Positions 43,972 through 53,148 of a DNA stretch of 64,000 nucleotides are shown here, one piece after another. Position 1 is the stretch's first letter. Each line of letters starts with the position of its first letter. Location: assembly GCA_964482335.1 (NCBI GenBank), contig CAYZXA010000002.1:586-64585 (forward strand), written 5' to 3'. The notes below the pieces were generated by a model. The model saw nothing but the letters and a program-made list of their open reading frames with translations. It made no database searches and was not told where the DNA came from. Source of the stretch: an uncultured Candidatus Saccharibacteria bacterium (GTDB lineage: Bacteria > Patescibacteriota > Minisyncoccia > Minisyncoccales > MHMH01). Made by a program: the position numbers and the translations under genes.

Positions 43972-45141
43972 ATGATGATAAAGTCAGAACAAAAAATTAA
44001 AGAAGCTCTCACTAGAGGAGTAAAGCAGGTTTTACCTAGTAAAGAAGGTTTGGCCAAGTTAATGAGGAAGCGGAAAATAAGGGTTTACCACGGTATTGAT
44101 CCTACCAGCAAGAGACTGCATATCGGTCACGCTATTTCCCTCCGTAAGCTTCAGGAGTTTGCTGATTTAGGTCATGAAGCAATCTTAGTGGTTGGTACTG
44201 GCACGGTTTTGACCGGAGACCCTTCTTTGAGAGAAAAAGCCAGAACTCACATTTCTGAAAGAGAAATAAAAGAGAATATTAAAACCTGGAGAGAGCAAGC
44301 AGGTAAGATTTTAGACTTTTCGAAAATAAAGATTAAATATAATGGGAACTGGCTTTTAAAACTAAAACTGAAAGAGATAGCTGACATTGCTTCCCATATT
44401 TCAGCTATAAAGCTTTTTCAAAGGGAGATGTTCCAGAGAAGAATTAAAAACGGAGAGACTGTTTGGGTCCATGAAACCTTTTATCCTTTGCTTCAGGGCT
44501 ATGATTCAGTAGCTTTAGACGTTGACCTTGAAATTGGCGGTACCGACCAAGTCTTTAACATGCTTATTGGCAGAGAATTACAACAGAAGATGCGCAAAAG
44601 AGAGAAGTTTGTTATGACCTTGCCGATGATATTAGGGATTGATGGCAAGCCAATGAGCAAGACTTCCGGTAACTGTATCTGGATAAGCGATTCAGCTGAT
44701 CAGATGTTTGGCAAGGTTATGTCAATCCCTGACACGCTTGTCGCAGATTATTTAAGGCTGATAACCCGCGTCCCCTTAACAGAAATCAAAGAACTCTCTC
44801 CCAGAAACGCTAAAGCAAGATTGGCTTGGGAAATTGTTTCTGTCTTCCACAGTAAGAAAGCAGCTGAAAGCGCGGAAAAAGAGTTTAACAAGGTTTTTAA
44901 ACAAAAGAAACTGCCCTCCAAAATTCCTGCAGCCTCTATTAGACAGAAAGAACTTAACATTCTTGATTTATTAACTAAAACAAAATTAGCCCCATCACGA
45001 TCTGAGGCTAAACGTTTGATTGTCCAGGGAGGAGTAAAAATATCAGGACAAGTTCAAAAGAGCTGGCAAAAGAAAGTAGATATTAAAAAAGGAATGGTTG
45101 TCCAGGTGGGCAAAAGGAAGTTTATTAAAATAAGGACCTGA
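43972..45141 (+). CDS. tyrS: Tyrosyl-tRNA synthetase
   Basis: I trimmed the start to ATG 43972. It has the HIGH-type RLHIGH and KMSKT motifs and a C-terminal S4-like domain. Confidence 0.85.
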   Translation: MMIKSEQKIKEALTRGVKQVLPSKEGLAKLMRKRKIRVYHGIDPTSKRLHIGHAISLRKLQEFADLGHEAILVVGTGTVLTGDPSLREKARTHISEREIKENIKTWREQAGKILDFSKIKIKYNGNWLLKLKLKEIADIASHISAIKLFQREMFQRRIKNGETVWVHETFYPLLQGYDSVALDVDLEIGGTDQVFNMLIGRELQQKMRKREKFVMTLPMILGIDGKPMSKTSGNCIWISDSADQMFGKVMSIPDTLVADYLRLITRVPLTEIKELSPRNAKARLAWEIVSVFHSKKAAESAEKEFNKVFKQKKLPSKIPAASIRQKELNILDLLTKTKLAPSRSEAKRLIVQGGVKISGQVQKSWQKKVDIKKGMVVQVGKRKFIKIRT

Positions 45142-45192
45142 TTTCATCAGAACCTTAATTTGCTAAATAAATTAATTTAACCTTAGCAAACT

Positions 45193-45220
45193 AAAAATCC
45201 CCATCGTACCGGGGATTTTT
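45193..45220. terminator. Bidirectional intrinsic terminator
   Basis: AAAAATCCCC-8 nt-GGGGATTTTT lies between convergent genes. Confidence 0.8.
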
Positions 45221-45226
45221 AGTTTG

Positions 45227-45433
45227 TTACTCAGTTTTCTCTTCGTCTTCAGCTCCCTCTTTTGGAGTCTCGGTTCCTTCTTCTGGAGTCTCGGTTCCTT
45301 CTTTTGGAGTCTCAGCTCCTTCTTCAGGAGTGTCTTCTTGAGAGACAAAACCAGTAGGAGTTTCGGTTTCAGGAGTTTCAGGAGTGTCTCCTTCTGGAGT
45401 AGGCTCCTGAGCGATTAATTTGTCGTAAACCAT
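45227..45433 (-). CDS. Small acidic low-complexity protein with TPE(E/K)G repeats
   Basis: 68 aa, with the stop 6 nt from the terminator. I take the plus-strand ORF 45224..45418 to be its shadow. The RBS is weak. Confidence 0.5.
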   Translation of the reverse strand: MVYDKLIAQEPTPEGDTPETPETETPTGFVSQEDTPEEGAETPKEGTETPEEGTETPKEGAEDEEKTE

Positions 45434-45488
45434 ATTTGACTTCGTTTAATTTCTAATTCAGTTTTCTCGACCTTTGCTTGGCCCTCTT

Positions 45489-45513
45489 TAAAAAAGAACC
45501 AAGTTTTGGTTCT
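45489..45513 (-). terminator. Intrinsic terminator downstream of ruvC
   Basis: On the minus strand AGAACCAA-aac-TTGGTTCT is followed by TTTTTT. Confidence 0.6.
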
Positions 45514-45546
45514 ACATAAGACATTATAGCAGTTTAAAAGGCTTTG

Positions 45547-46038
45547 TCAAGCCTTTCTGGTGAAAACGTAGGTCAAGGCGATAGCTAAGGCATCAGCTGC
45601 GTCATCGGGTTTAGGTATCGCTTTTAGCCTAAATAGTGATTTGATCTTCTTTTGGACTTGGATTTTTTCAGCTTTGCCAGAGCCAGTTACTACCATTTTA
45701 ATTTGCAAGGGGCTGAATTCACAAACTGGAATCCCTTTTTTAGCAGCCGTTAATAGAATTACTCCCTTGGCCTGGCTAACCGGCATGGCTGTTTTTAAAT
45801 TTTTGAAGAAAAAGACATTCTCAACAGCCAGAACTTTGGGCTGGTGCTTCGTAATTAATTTGCCAAGCTTGTTGTTTATTATTTTTAATCGTTCAGCTGG
45901 AGCTAAAGTAGAGCTGGTTTTGATTACGCCATAATCCAGGCATTTAAAATTGTTCCGTGTTTTACGTTTTAGGTTTTTGGCTCTTATTATGCCATAGCCA
46001 GTTGTGGCTGTGCCTGGGTCGATGCCTATAATTATCAT
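45547..46038 (-). CDS. ruvC: Holliday junction resolvase RuvC
   Basis: 163 aa starting MIIIGIDPGTATTGYGII, with the C-terminal DAADALAIAL. Confidence 0.9.
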   Translation of the reverse strand: MIIIGIDPGTATTGYGIIRAKNLKRKTRNNFKCLDYGVIKTSSTLAPAERLKIINNKLGKLITKHQPKVLAVENVFFFKNLKTAMPVSQAKGVILLTAAKKGIPVCEFSPLQIKMVVTGSGKAEKIQVQKKIKSLFRLKAIPKPDDAADALAIALTYVFTRKA

Positions 46039-46039
46039 A

Positions 46040-46600
46040 TTATTCCTTTAAGTTAGAGTATATTTCCTGGACTGCTTCGTTTTCGTCCAAAGCTTCAAAT
46101 AGTTTTTGGCACGCTTCTTTGTCTTTGCCTGATGTTTCAACCCCTTGCTTAGGCACCCACTCCAAAGAGCCGGGTTCTTCTTTTTTTACCTTTCTCTCAA
46201 ACATCCATTGCACTCCACCTTCAGCTACCAGCTTGCCATTATTTTGGTTTAAGATTTGCTTGATTTCTCCTAAGGCCCTGTTTCTGTTGTCAGTAATCCC
46301 TTCGATGATAATGGCTACTCCGCCTGGCCCAAAAGCTTCGAAAACAACATTTTCTAGCCTAGCTCCCTCTAGTTCACCGACGCCTTTTTTAATGGCCCTA
46401 TCGACATTTTCCTTGGGCATGTTAAATTCCTTGGCTTTTTCAATTGCTGTTCTCAAGCTCGGGTTGGTATTGGGGTCTCCTCCTTTTTCTCTGGCAGTAA
46501 CTGAAATCTGCCGAGAAAGCTTTGAGAAGACATTTCCCCGCTTAGCATCAGCTGTCTGCTTTTGGTATTTGATTGAATGCCAATGACTGTGGCCACTCAT
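46040..46600 (-). CDS. YebC/PmpR-family protein (short form)
   Basis: 186 aa starting MSGHSHWHSIKYQK..AKRG..F.KL. It is shorter than the usual ~240 aa. Confidence 0.85.
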   Translation of the reverse strand: MSGHSHWHSIKYQKQTADAKRGNVFSKLSRQISVTAREKGGDPNTNPSLRTAIEKAKEFNMPKENVDRAIKKGVGELEGARLENVVFEAFGPGGVAIIIEGITDNRNRALGEIKQILNQNNGKLVAEGGVQWMFERKVKKEEPGSLEWVPKQGVETSGKDKEACQKLFEALDENEAVQEIYSNLKE

Positions 46601-47295
46601 GTTTCTTTATTATAACCTACTTTTAACTTCTTTTTAAGTAATAGAATTATTATCCCCGAAAAAATGGCTAGACCCAAAGCGATTAGTAAAACAGGAAGAG
46701 AACCTGATGCCTCAGTGATTTGATCTTCAATGTCTGCCAGATACCTGGTTTTATCGGATTGGGCAGGGGAGTCTGTTTGAGATTGGACTTCAATCACAGT
46801 GCTGTTTTGAGACTTTGGCGTACCTTCAGGCTCTTGGCTTGTTTGCCACGAGTTAATATCTTTTCTCTCCATTGTTTGTTTAGTTGAGTTATCCCCAGCC
46901 AACCAGCCATCCTGGCAAAGAGCAGAGTCAATTACTTTTCCAGAACTATCATGGAGCTCCAAGGGCTCACATTTATTATTTAAAGCACCTGTATATATTT
47001 GGTCAGCAGAAATATCTGGAACTGAATTATCATCCGTCCTCTCTAATAGATAAAAGCCATTAACTTTTATTGCTCCTGTTAAGGCGACTCCTTTCAAGGT
47101 CCAACCCTCGAGACTTATTGAGGAATCAGTCTTGTTATACAATTCAATCCATTCGTCGTTATGAGAAACCTTTGTTCCCATCCAGGCAACTTCATTAATG
47201 AGGACGTCTGATAGATTGGCAGCGAAAACAAAATTGGCTGATAAAATTCCAGCCAAAATAAGAAAGACCATCGTAGGACTTGACAATATTTTCAT
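46597..47295 (-). CDS. Lamin-tail-domain (LTD) surface protein with C-terminal TM anchor
   Basis: 232 aa with a signal peptide, VLINEVAWMG..DEWIELYN.., and the C-terminal hydrophobic segment LPVLLIALGLAIFSGIIILLL. Confidence 0.75.
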   Translation of the reverse strand: MKILSSPTMVFLILAGILSANFVFAANLSDVLINEVAWMGTKVSHNDEWIELYNKTDSSISLEGWTLKGVALTGAIKVNGFYLLERTDDNSVPDISADQIYTGALNNKCEPLELHDSSGKVIDSALCQDGWLAGDNSTKQTMERKDINSWQTSQEPEGTPKSQNSTVIEVQSQTDSPAQSDKTRYLADIEDQITEASGSLPVLLIALGLAIFSGIIILLLKKKLKVGYNKET

Positions 47296-47308
47296 AATAG
47301 AGTATAAT
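47280..47308 (+). promoter_or_regulatory. Perfect consensus sigma70 promoter TTGACA-N17-TATAAT
   Basis: The -35 element is at 47280..47285 and the -10 at 47303..47308. It overlaps the start codon of the divergent LTD gene. Confidence 0.65.
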
Positions 47309-47314
47309 AGAGTG

Positions 47315-47451
47315 TTAAAAGCAGTCCAGGACCTGGGGGTAAGGAATTTCTTTTAGTTGGCTAGTCTGGCGAGAGCGAGACTATTCCACGAAGGAATTCT
47401 AAACTTTATGTTCCTAAGCTAGAGTACCCCCAGCTCCTGGGCTATTTTTTT
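47315..47451 (+). ncRNA. Unknown structured small RNA (~135 nt)
   Basis: A closing helix pairs CCAGGACCTGGGGGTA (47326..47341) with TACCCCCAGCTCCTGG (47425..47440). Inner hairpins are GGAAT..TAGTCT-loop-AGACTA..ATTCC and AGGAA..TTCCT. A T7 run at 47445..47451 overlaps the stop of the convergent pilB-like gene. I recognised no family, and the ends are approximate. Confidence 0.5.
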
Positions 47452-48691
47452 ATCCGGTTACTCTTTTTACTTCTTCCAAAGTAGTCAGACCTTCCAAGAC
47501 CTTCATCAACCCGTCTTGCCTTAAAGGCACCATGCCTTTCTTTATGGCCATTTTCCTTAAAGCAGCAATAGAAGGAGAGGTTAAGACGAACCTTTCTATT
47601 TCTTCGTCCATTAAAAACGCTTCAAAAATGCCTATTCTGCCTTTGTAGCCAGTAAAGTTGCAGTATTTGCATCCTTTTGTTTGCGGTATCTTTATATCCT
47701 TGGGGAGTTTTTTTACTTCCTTTTTTATTGTCTTTATTTCCTGAGCGTTTGGTTTTCTCAGTTTGCTGCATTTTTGGCAAACCTTTCTGACTAACCTTTG
47801 GGCCACAGCCAAATTAACGGCTGGGCCAATATTCGAGGGTTTAGCGCCTAAACTTATTAGTCTGGCTACAGTTCCAGCAGCGTCATTAGTATGTAAGGTT
47901 GTTAGAACTAGGTGGCCGGTTAAAGCAGCCTGCAAAGCAGTTTTAACAGTTTCTAAGTCCCTTACTTCCCCAACCAAGATTACGTCAGGGTCCTGCCTCA
48001 TGACTGATTTTAAGCCTGAAGCAAAATCATATCCTTTCTTAACTTGGGTTTGAGAGACACCTTCTAAATGGTATTCTATCGGGTCTTCAATTGTAATGAT
48101 TTTGATTTCCGGCCTTTGAATCTTTTTTAAGAAAGCATACAGGGTAGTTGTTTTACCAGAGCCGGTTGGTCCAGTAACAATAATCATACCATTTGGTTTT
48201 TTTATTTCTTTTTTAAATATAGCCAACAAGTCCTTTCTTGGTCCTAAGGCTTCCAATTCAACCAAGGTTTTGGGATTTAAGATTCTTAAGACAATTGATT
48301 CTCCTTTTTCAGCTGGCAAGGTAGAAACCCTTATTTCGACTGGTAGGTTGCTGGGCGATAGAATAGAAAACCGGCCATCTTGAGGTCGGTTTGTTATATT
48401 CAGCTTAAGGCCAGCCAGCAATTTAATTCGAGAGAGCAGAGCTTCATACGGTTTTCTGTCGATTGTCACGACATCCTGCAAGATGCCGTCAACTCTTATC
48501 CTTGTTTTAGCTTCTTTTATCCCTGGTTCGAGATGAAGGTCTGAAGCTTCAAGCGAGATAGCTCCTCCTAAAATAGCTGCCAACAACTCAGTTGTCTTTT
48601 TGTTCAAAGACTTCTTAATTTTCTCTTTAAGTTCGGCAATGTTGTTCACCGTAAGAGGAGAAATTTTGATTTCGCCAGTAATCTTCTCCAT
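47450..48691 (-). CDS. GspE/PilB-family secretion/pilus assembly ATPase (short form)
   Basis: 413 aa with Walker A GPTGSGKTT, Walker B ILVGEVRD, His box TGHLVLTTLHTN, and C-terminal CQKC..CKYC. Confidence 0.85.
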   Translation of the reverse strand: MEKITGEIKISPLTVNNIAELKEKIKKSLNKKTTELLAAILGGAISLEASDLHLEPGIKEAKTRIRVDGILQDVVTIDRKPYEALLSRIKLLAGLKLNITNRPQDGRFSILSPSNLPVEIRVSTLPAEKGESIVLRILNPKTLVELEALGPRKDLLAIFKKEIKKPNGMIIVTGPTGSGKTTTLYAFLKKIQRPEIKIITIEDPIEYHLEGVSQTQVKKGYDFASGLKSVMRQDPDVILVGEVRDLETVKTALQAALTGHLVLTTLHTNDAAGTVARLISLGAKPSNIGPAVNLAVAQRLVRKVCQKCSKLRKPNAQEIKTIKKEVKKLPKDIKIPQTKGCKYCNFTGYKGRIGIFEAFLMDEEIERFVLTSPSIAALRKMAIKKGMVPLRQDGLMKVLEGLTTLEEVKRVTG

Positions 48692-48700
48692 ACTTCTATT

Positions 48701-49801
48701 CTACAGGATTTTTAATATTTTTTCTCTAGCTAAGGTTAAATCAACTTCTTTGATAGAAAAGAGAGCTATCTCTCCCTTGGAAACGCCTTCACAGTTTTGC
48801 AGAACTTTTTCAATAGAATCTTTGTCAGGAGAGTAGAAAACTCCTTTGATCAAGGAGGGAGAAGCGTGGCTTTCCCAGAGAACCAATAGATTAGGAAGAT
48901 AGCGGAAATTAAATTTTAGCTCCTCAACAACAAAGCTCAGGTCTCGGGGCTGAGCATTACAATTTTGGAAATCTTTTTCAGTTAGAGAAGCACAATAGAG
49001 CTCTTTTGTCTTGTCAAAATTCAATTTTTCTAGAATTCTGCCCAAGATCTTTATTTGAGGAATACTTTTCTGTTTATAGAGATTCTGGATTATTTTTTGA
49101 TGGTCAGCTCCTTTCTCAATCAAGAGGGCCGAAGTCTCAAAGGTTTTCGGTTGAGTTTTCGGGCTTCTGAAGTTCTGTGAAGCATGGACGATGCCGGCTA
49201 AAAGACAGGTGGCAATGTTTCCATTTATTAGTTCTTCGTTAACATCCATCAACTTAATTAAATTGGCTGAGATTTCCGCTAAAGAACTCTTTATCTCTAT
49301 CAAGTTGATTTCACCGAAGTTCTCATTTGAAAGCTGGTTGTCAATGTTTAAAATTGGTATTTTGTAGAAAGTCTGTAGATTTTGTTTGGAAAAACTGCTT
49401 AAATCTTCTAAGGAGTTAGCTCCCAAGGTGATTAAAAGGTCAGGGTTTTGGTTGAAAGATGAAAAAGAAACATCTTGAGCGCTAATTTTACCTTTATTAA
49501 GAGCAAGATAAATCTTTAGACCTTTTTCACTCTTTTCATAGCGTATTTCTGAAATCTCTTTGTCTGAGCCATTGACTGAGATGACAAAATCTCCAGAGGA
49601 AGAAGGATTTAAGCTGGTTAAGAACTGAAATCTTTCCGGAATTTTTTCTATAAGAAGGTTTACATTTTTCCCTAAATTTTTTAAAGTGAAAAAGAGGGCC
49701 AGAGCGCTGCCCAGAGTGTCTCCTTGTATTTCTTGAGGCGTGGCAATTAAAATGCTTTGAGATTTCTCTATCAAGCTTTTGGCCTGATTTAATATATCCA
49801 T
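48701..49801 (-). CDS. DHH/NrnA-like protein with degenerate catalytic motifs
   Basis: 366 aa. GDTLGSALAL and LLAGIVHASQNF align with NrnA motif I and the GI.TDTG.F motif, but the Asp/His residues are replaced. Confidence 0.5.
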   Translation of the reverse strand: MDILNQAKSLIEKSQSILIATPQEIQGDTLGSALALFFTLKNLGKNVNLLIEKIPERFQFLTSLNPSSSGDFVISVNGSDKEISEIRYEKSEKGLKIYLALNKGKISAQDVSFSSFNQNPDLLITLGANSLEDLSSFSKQNLQTFYKIPILNIDNQLSNENFGEINLIEIKSSLAEISANLIKLMDVNEELINGNIATCLLAGIVHASQNFRSPKTQPKTFETSALLIEKGADHQKIIQNLYKQKSIPQIKILGRILEKLNFDKTKELYCASLTEKDFQNCNAQPRDLSFVVEELKFNFRYLPNLLVLWESHASPSLIKGVFYSPDKDSIEKVLQNCEGVSKGEIALFSIKEVDLTLAREKILKIL

Positions 49802-49817
49802 ATCTATCTACTTTAGC

Positions 49818-50243
49818 ATGAAGTTTGAATTTTTTACAAGTACTCCATTCCAAACAAAGAAAGCTGGCAAGCTTTTGGCAGAAGAGATTTTAAAAAGCAA
49901 GCCGGGCAAGAAGGCTTTTGTTGTTGGTTTAGTCGGTGATTTGGGAGGAGGCAAGACTACTTTCTTACAGGGCTTCAGCCGGGGCTTGGGAATAAAGGGA
50001 AGAGTTTTGAGTCCTACTTTTATTATTATGAGAAGGTTTAACAACTTTTATCATATTGACTGTTACCGCATCAAAAAACCTCAAGAGCTAATAGACTTAG
50101 GATTGAAAAAGATTATGGCTAATCCCAAAAACATTGTGGCTGTTGAATGGGCAGATAGGGTTTGTCAGATCATGCCTCCAAAAACCGTCTGGGTTAACTT
50201 TGAATTTATCAATGAAAAAAAGAGGAAAATTGTGATAAAATAG
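49818..50243 (+). CDS. tsaE: tRNA t6A37 biosynthesis ATPase TsaE
   Basis: 141 aa with the P-loop GDLGGGKTTF. Confidence 0.85.
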   Translation: MKFEFFTSTPFQTKKAGKLLAEEILKSKPGKKAFVVGLVGDLGGGKTTFLQGFSRGLGIKGRVLSPTFIIMRRFNNFYHIDCYRIKKPQELIDLGLKKIMANPKNIVAVEWADRVCQIMPPKTVWVNFEFINEKKRKIVIK

Positions 50244-50247
50244 ATAT

Positions 50248-51126
50248 ATGGCAGATAAAAAGCGTTTAATTGTCATTGACAGCAATTCCATAATCCATCG
50301 GGCTTTCCATGCTCTTCCCCCTTTAACCACCAAGAAAGGAGAAGTGGTTGGCGCTGTCTACGGGTTTTTATTGGTTTTATTTAAGGCTATTAAAGAATTC
50401 CAGCCTGATTTTGTGGCAGCTACCTTTGATGTGCCAGGCCCCACTTTCCGGCACGAAAAATATAAAGAATACAAAGCTAAAAGGCCTAAAGCGCCAGAAG
50501 AGCTTTACCAGCAGATTTCCAAGGTCAAAGAAGTTTTAAAAAGCTTTGATGTTAAGATTTTCGAAAAACAAGGATTTGAAGCAGATGACATTATTGGCAC
50601 GATTGCCAAGTTGGCTCCCAAAAAGCAAGTTATACCTGAGATAGAGACAATTATCTTAAGCGGTGATTCAGATACCTTACAATTAATTGATACTCACACT
50701 AAAACCTATGCTCTGAGAAAAGGAGTTAAGGATACTGTTCTTTACGATAAAAAAATGGTTGAGGAAAGATACCAGGGCTTAACGCCAAAGCAACTTATTG
50801 ACTTTAAAGCGCTTAAAGGCGACCCGACAGACAATATTCCTGGAGTGCCCGGAATTGGAGAAAAAACAGCCACAGGGCTGATTAAAGAGTTCGGCACTTT
50901 AGAAAACCTTTATCAAAACTTAGATGATGTTAAATCTAAAACAAGAGAAATCTTGATTCAGAATAAAGAACAAGCCTTTTTCAGCAGGGATTTAGTTGAG
51001 ATTAATAAGTCAGTGCCCTTAGATTTTAATTTAAGAGAATGTCATTGGGGAGATTACGATAAAGAGAAAGCAACCCAAGTCTTAAAGAATTTTGATTTTT
51101 ATAGTCTAATTTCTCGTTTACCTTAA
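50248..51126 (+). CDS. 5'-3' exonuclease (Pol I N-terminal / FEN-like)
   Basis: 292 aa with LIVIDSNSIIHRAFHA, SGDSDTLQL and the H3TH segment DNIPGVPGIGEKTA. Confidence 0.9.
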   Translation: MADKKRLIVIDSNSIIHRAFHALPPLTTKKGEVVGAVYGFLLVLFKAIKEFQPDFVAATFDVPGPTFRHEKYKEYKAKRPKAPEELYQQISKVKEVLKSFDVKIFEKQGFEADDIIGTIAKLAPKKQVIPEIETIILSGDSDTLQLIDTHTKTYALRKGVKDTVLYDKKMVEERYQGLTPKQLIDFKALKGDPTDNIPGVPGIGEKTATGLIKEFGTLENLYQNLDDVKSKTREILIQNKEQAFFSRDLVEINKSVPLDFNLRECHWGDYDKEKATQVLKNFDFYSLISRLP

Positions 51127-51127
51127 T

Positions 51128-51856
51128 ATGCCCGAGTTGCCAGAAGTAGAAACAATTAGGCGTCAGTTGATCCAGGAGATTGTTGGCAAGAAATTAAATG
51201 GCAAGAAGATTGTTAGGGTTCGCAGAAGAGCTAAGATTTTAATCATTGATTTTAGTGATAGTTCCAGCTTACTTTTTCATCTTAAGCTAACTGGCCAGCT
51301 GATTTTTAATGGGAAACGCACGAAACATACCCGCAAGGTTTTTAAGTTCAGTGATGGTTCGCAATTAGTATTTAATGATGTTCGTAAGCTTGGCTGGTGG
51401 AAAAAAGTAAAAGACACAAAGAAAATAGAAAAACAATTCGGGCCAGAAGCTTTGGGAATAGACTTCGAAACCTTTAAAACTCTTTTAAAGAAAAGGCCTA
51501 AGTCAAAGATTAAACCCTTGTTGATGGACCAGAAATTCATTGCTGGCATTGGTAATATTTATTCAAATGAGATTCTATTTGGTGCTAAAGTACACCCATT
51601 ATGTTTAGCTAAGACACTGACCAGCAAAGAGATCCAAAGTATTTTTCAAAACATTAAGAAGATTCTCAAAGCAGCTATTAGACACCAAGGCTCCTCATTT
51701 GAATATTATCTTGACGCTTATGGACAAAAAGGCGACTATGTTAAATATCATAAGGTTTATCATCAAGACAAGTGTCCTGTCTGTCGTACAGACATTAAGA
51801 GAATTAAAATTGGAGGCAGATCAGCTTATTTCTGCCCCAAGTGCCAAAAATTATGA
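51128..51856 (+). CDS. mutM: Formamidopyrimidine/Nei-family DNA glycosylase
   Basis: 242 aa starting MPELPEVE, with the C-terminal zinc finger CPVC..CPKC. Confidence 0.85.
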   Translation: MPELPEVETIRRQLIQEIVGKKLNGKKIVRVRRRAKILIIDFSDSSSLLFHLKLTGQLIFNGKRTKHTRKVFKFSDGSQLVFNDVRKLGWWKKVKDTKKIEKQFGPEALGIDFETFKTLLKKRPKSKIKPLLMDQKFIAGIGNIYSNEILFGAKVHPLCLAKTLTSKEIQSIFQNIKKILKAAIRHQGSSFEYYLDAYGQKGDYVKYHKVYHQDKCPVCRTDIKRIKIGGRSAYFCPKCQKL

Positions 51857-52776
51857 TTATTTTTCTTTATGGACAAGATACATTTAGGTCTAAAGAGAAG
51901 CTAAATGAAATTGTTGAACATTATAGAGAAGCTCACAAGAGCGGGCTGAGCTTGAAGCACTTTGAAGGCAAAAATTTACAGTTTGAGGATTTAAAGAATG
52001 AGCTTCAAATAGTTTCAATGTTTAAAGAAAAAAAGCTTTTAGTTTTAAGCAATGTCTTTTCTAATAAAGAGTTTAAAGAAGAGCTTCTTAAAAACTCTGA
52101 AAAGATTGTTAAGTCAGACGAAGTCATTTTATTTTACGAAGATAAGGGAATTGCTAGCAACGACTCTTTATTCAAATTTCTTAAGAAACAAGCCAAATGC
52201 CAGGAGTTTGAGCCATTAGTGGGCCAGAAACTAAAAAACTGGCTGAGAAAAGAATTTGAGAAATACAAAGCAAGAATTGACCCGCAAGCCTTAGACAGGT
52301 TGGTAGTTTTTGTTGGCGATGACCTTTGGCAGCTTTCCAACGAGGTTAGAAAATTAGCCAGTTTTAAAAAAGACAGCGAGATTAAAGTAAAAGATGTTGA
52401 GCTTTTAGTTAAAGCAAAGATAGAAACAGATATTTTCAAAACAATTGACGCTTTAGCGCGTAAGGATAAAAAACAAGCTTTAGATTTGCTGCATAAGCAT
52501 CTTGAGAAAGGGGACAGTCCTCTTTATCTCTTTTCAATGATAAACTTTCAATTCAGAAATATCTTAACCGTCAAAGATTTAATAGAGAAAAAAAAGCCTT
52601 TGGCTCGTTCAGGGCTCCATCCTTACGTTGTCAGAAAAAGCTCACAGCACGCTCAAAGATTCGATTTGCAAGATTTAAAAAAAATCTACCGCAAGGTTTT
52701 TGAGGTAGACTACAATATCAAGACTGGCAAAATAGATTCTCAAACAGCTTTGGATTTACTGATTGCTGAGATTTAG
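51853..52776 (+). CDS. holA: DNA polymerase III delta subunit
   Basis: I set the start at ATG 51853, which forms an ATGA overlap with the mutM stop. The size (~307 aa) and N-terminus MIIFLYGQDTF..K fit a delta subunit. Confidence 0.6.
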   Translation: MIIFLYGQDTFRSKEKLNEIVEHYREAHKSGLSLKHFEGKNLQFEDLKNELQIVSMFKEKKLLVLSNVFSNKEFKEELLKNSEKIVKSDEVILFYEDKGIASNDSLFKFLKKQAKCQEFEPLVGQKLKNWLRKEFEKYKARIDPQALDRLVVFVGDDLWQLSNEVRKLASFKKDSEIKVKDVELLVKAKIETDIFKTIDALARKDKKQALDLLHKHLEKGDSPLYLFSMINFQFRNILTVKDLIEKKKPLARSGLHPYVVRKSSQHAQRFDLQDLKKIYRKVFEVDYNIKTGKIDSQTALDLLIAEI

Positions 52777-53033
52777 GCTTTGCTAATCAGCTTTGTTATT
52801 CTTGATTTCTTGCGGCTGGCCGCATTCTTTTTGATAACATTAACCTTGGCTGCCTTGTCCAGAACCTTATATATTTGAGGCAAAAGCGCTTTAGCCTCTT
52901 TTATTTTCTTTTGGATAACTAAAGCTCTTGCCTTTTTAATAAGGCTTTTTATTTTGTTCTCATAGCCAAGATTTCTTGATTGGCGCTTGAAGCTCTGTCG
53001 TAAAGCTTTTTTAGCCGCTTTCTTTATTGGCAT
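52773..53033 (-). CDS. rpsT: 30S ribosomal protein S20
   Basis: I trimmed the start to ATG 53033. The product starts MPIKKAAKKALRQSFKRQSRN.. Confidence 0.9.
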   Translation of the reverse strand: MPIKKAAKKALRQSFKRQSRNLGYENKIKSLIKKARALVIQKKIKEAKALLPQIYKVLDKAAKVNVIKKNAASRKKSRITKLISKA

Positions 53034-53148
53034 AATTAAATAATAGTAGCATAAATAAAAATTTTGTAAACACAATTGAAAAGAGTTGCGTTTTAAGAGT
53101 AAATAAGATAAGATGAAATGACATTAGTTCATTTAAAAGGAGTTGAAT

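Noticed and set aside
45523-45550. TTGACA-N16-TATAAT-like motif on the minus strand overlapping the ruvC stop
   Set aside because: The predicted transcript would begin directly in the ruvC terminator hairpin (45489..45513), so the match is probably fortuitous.
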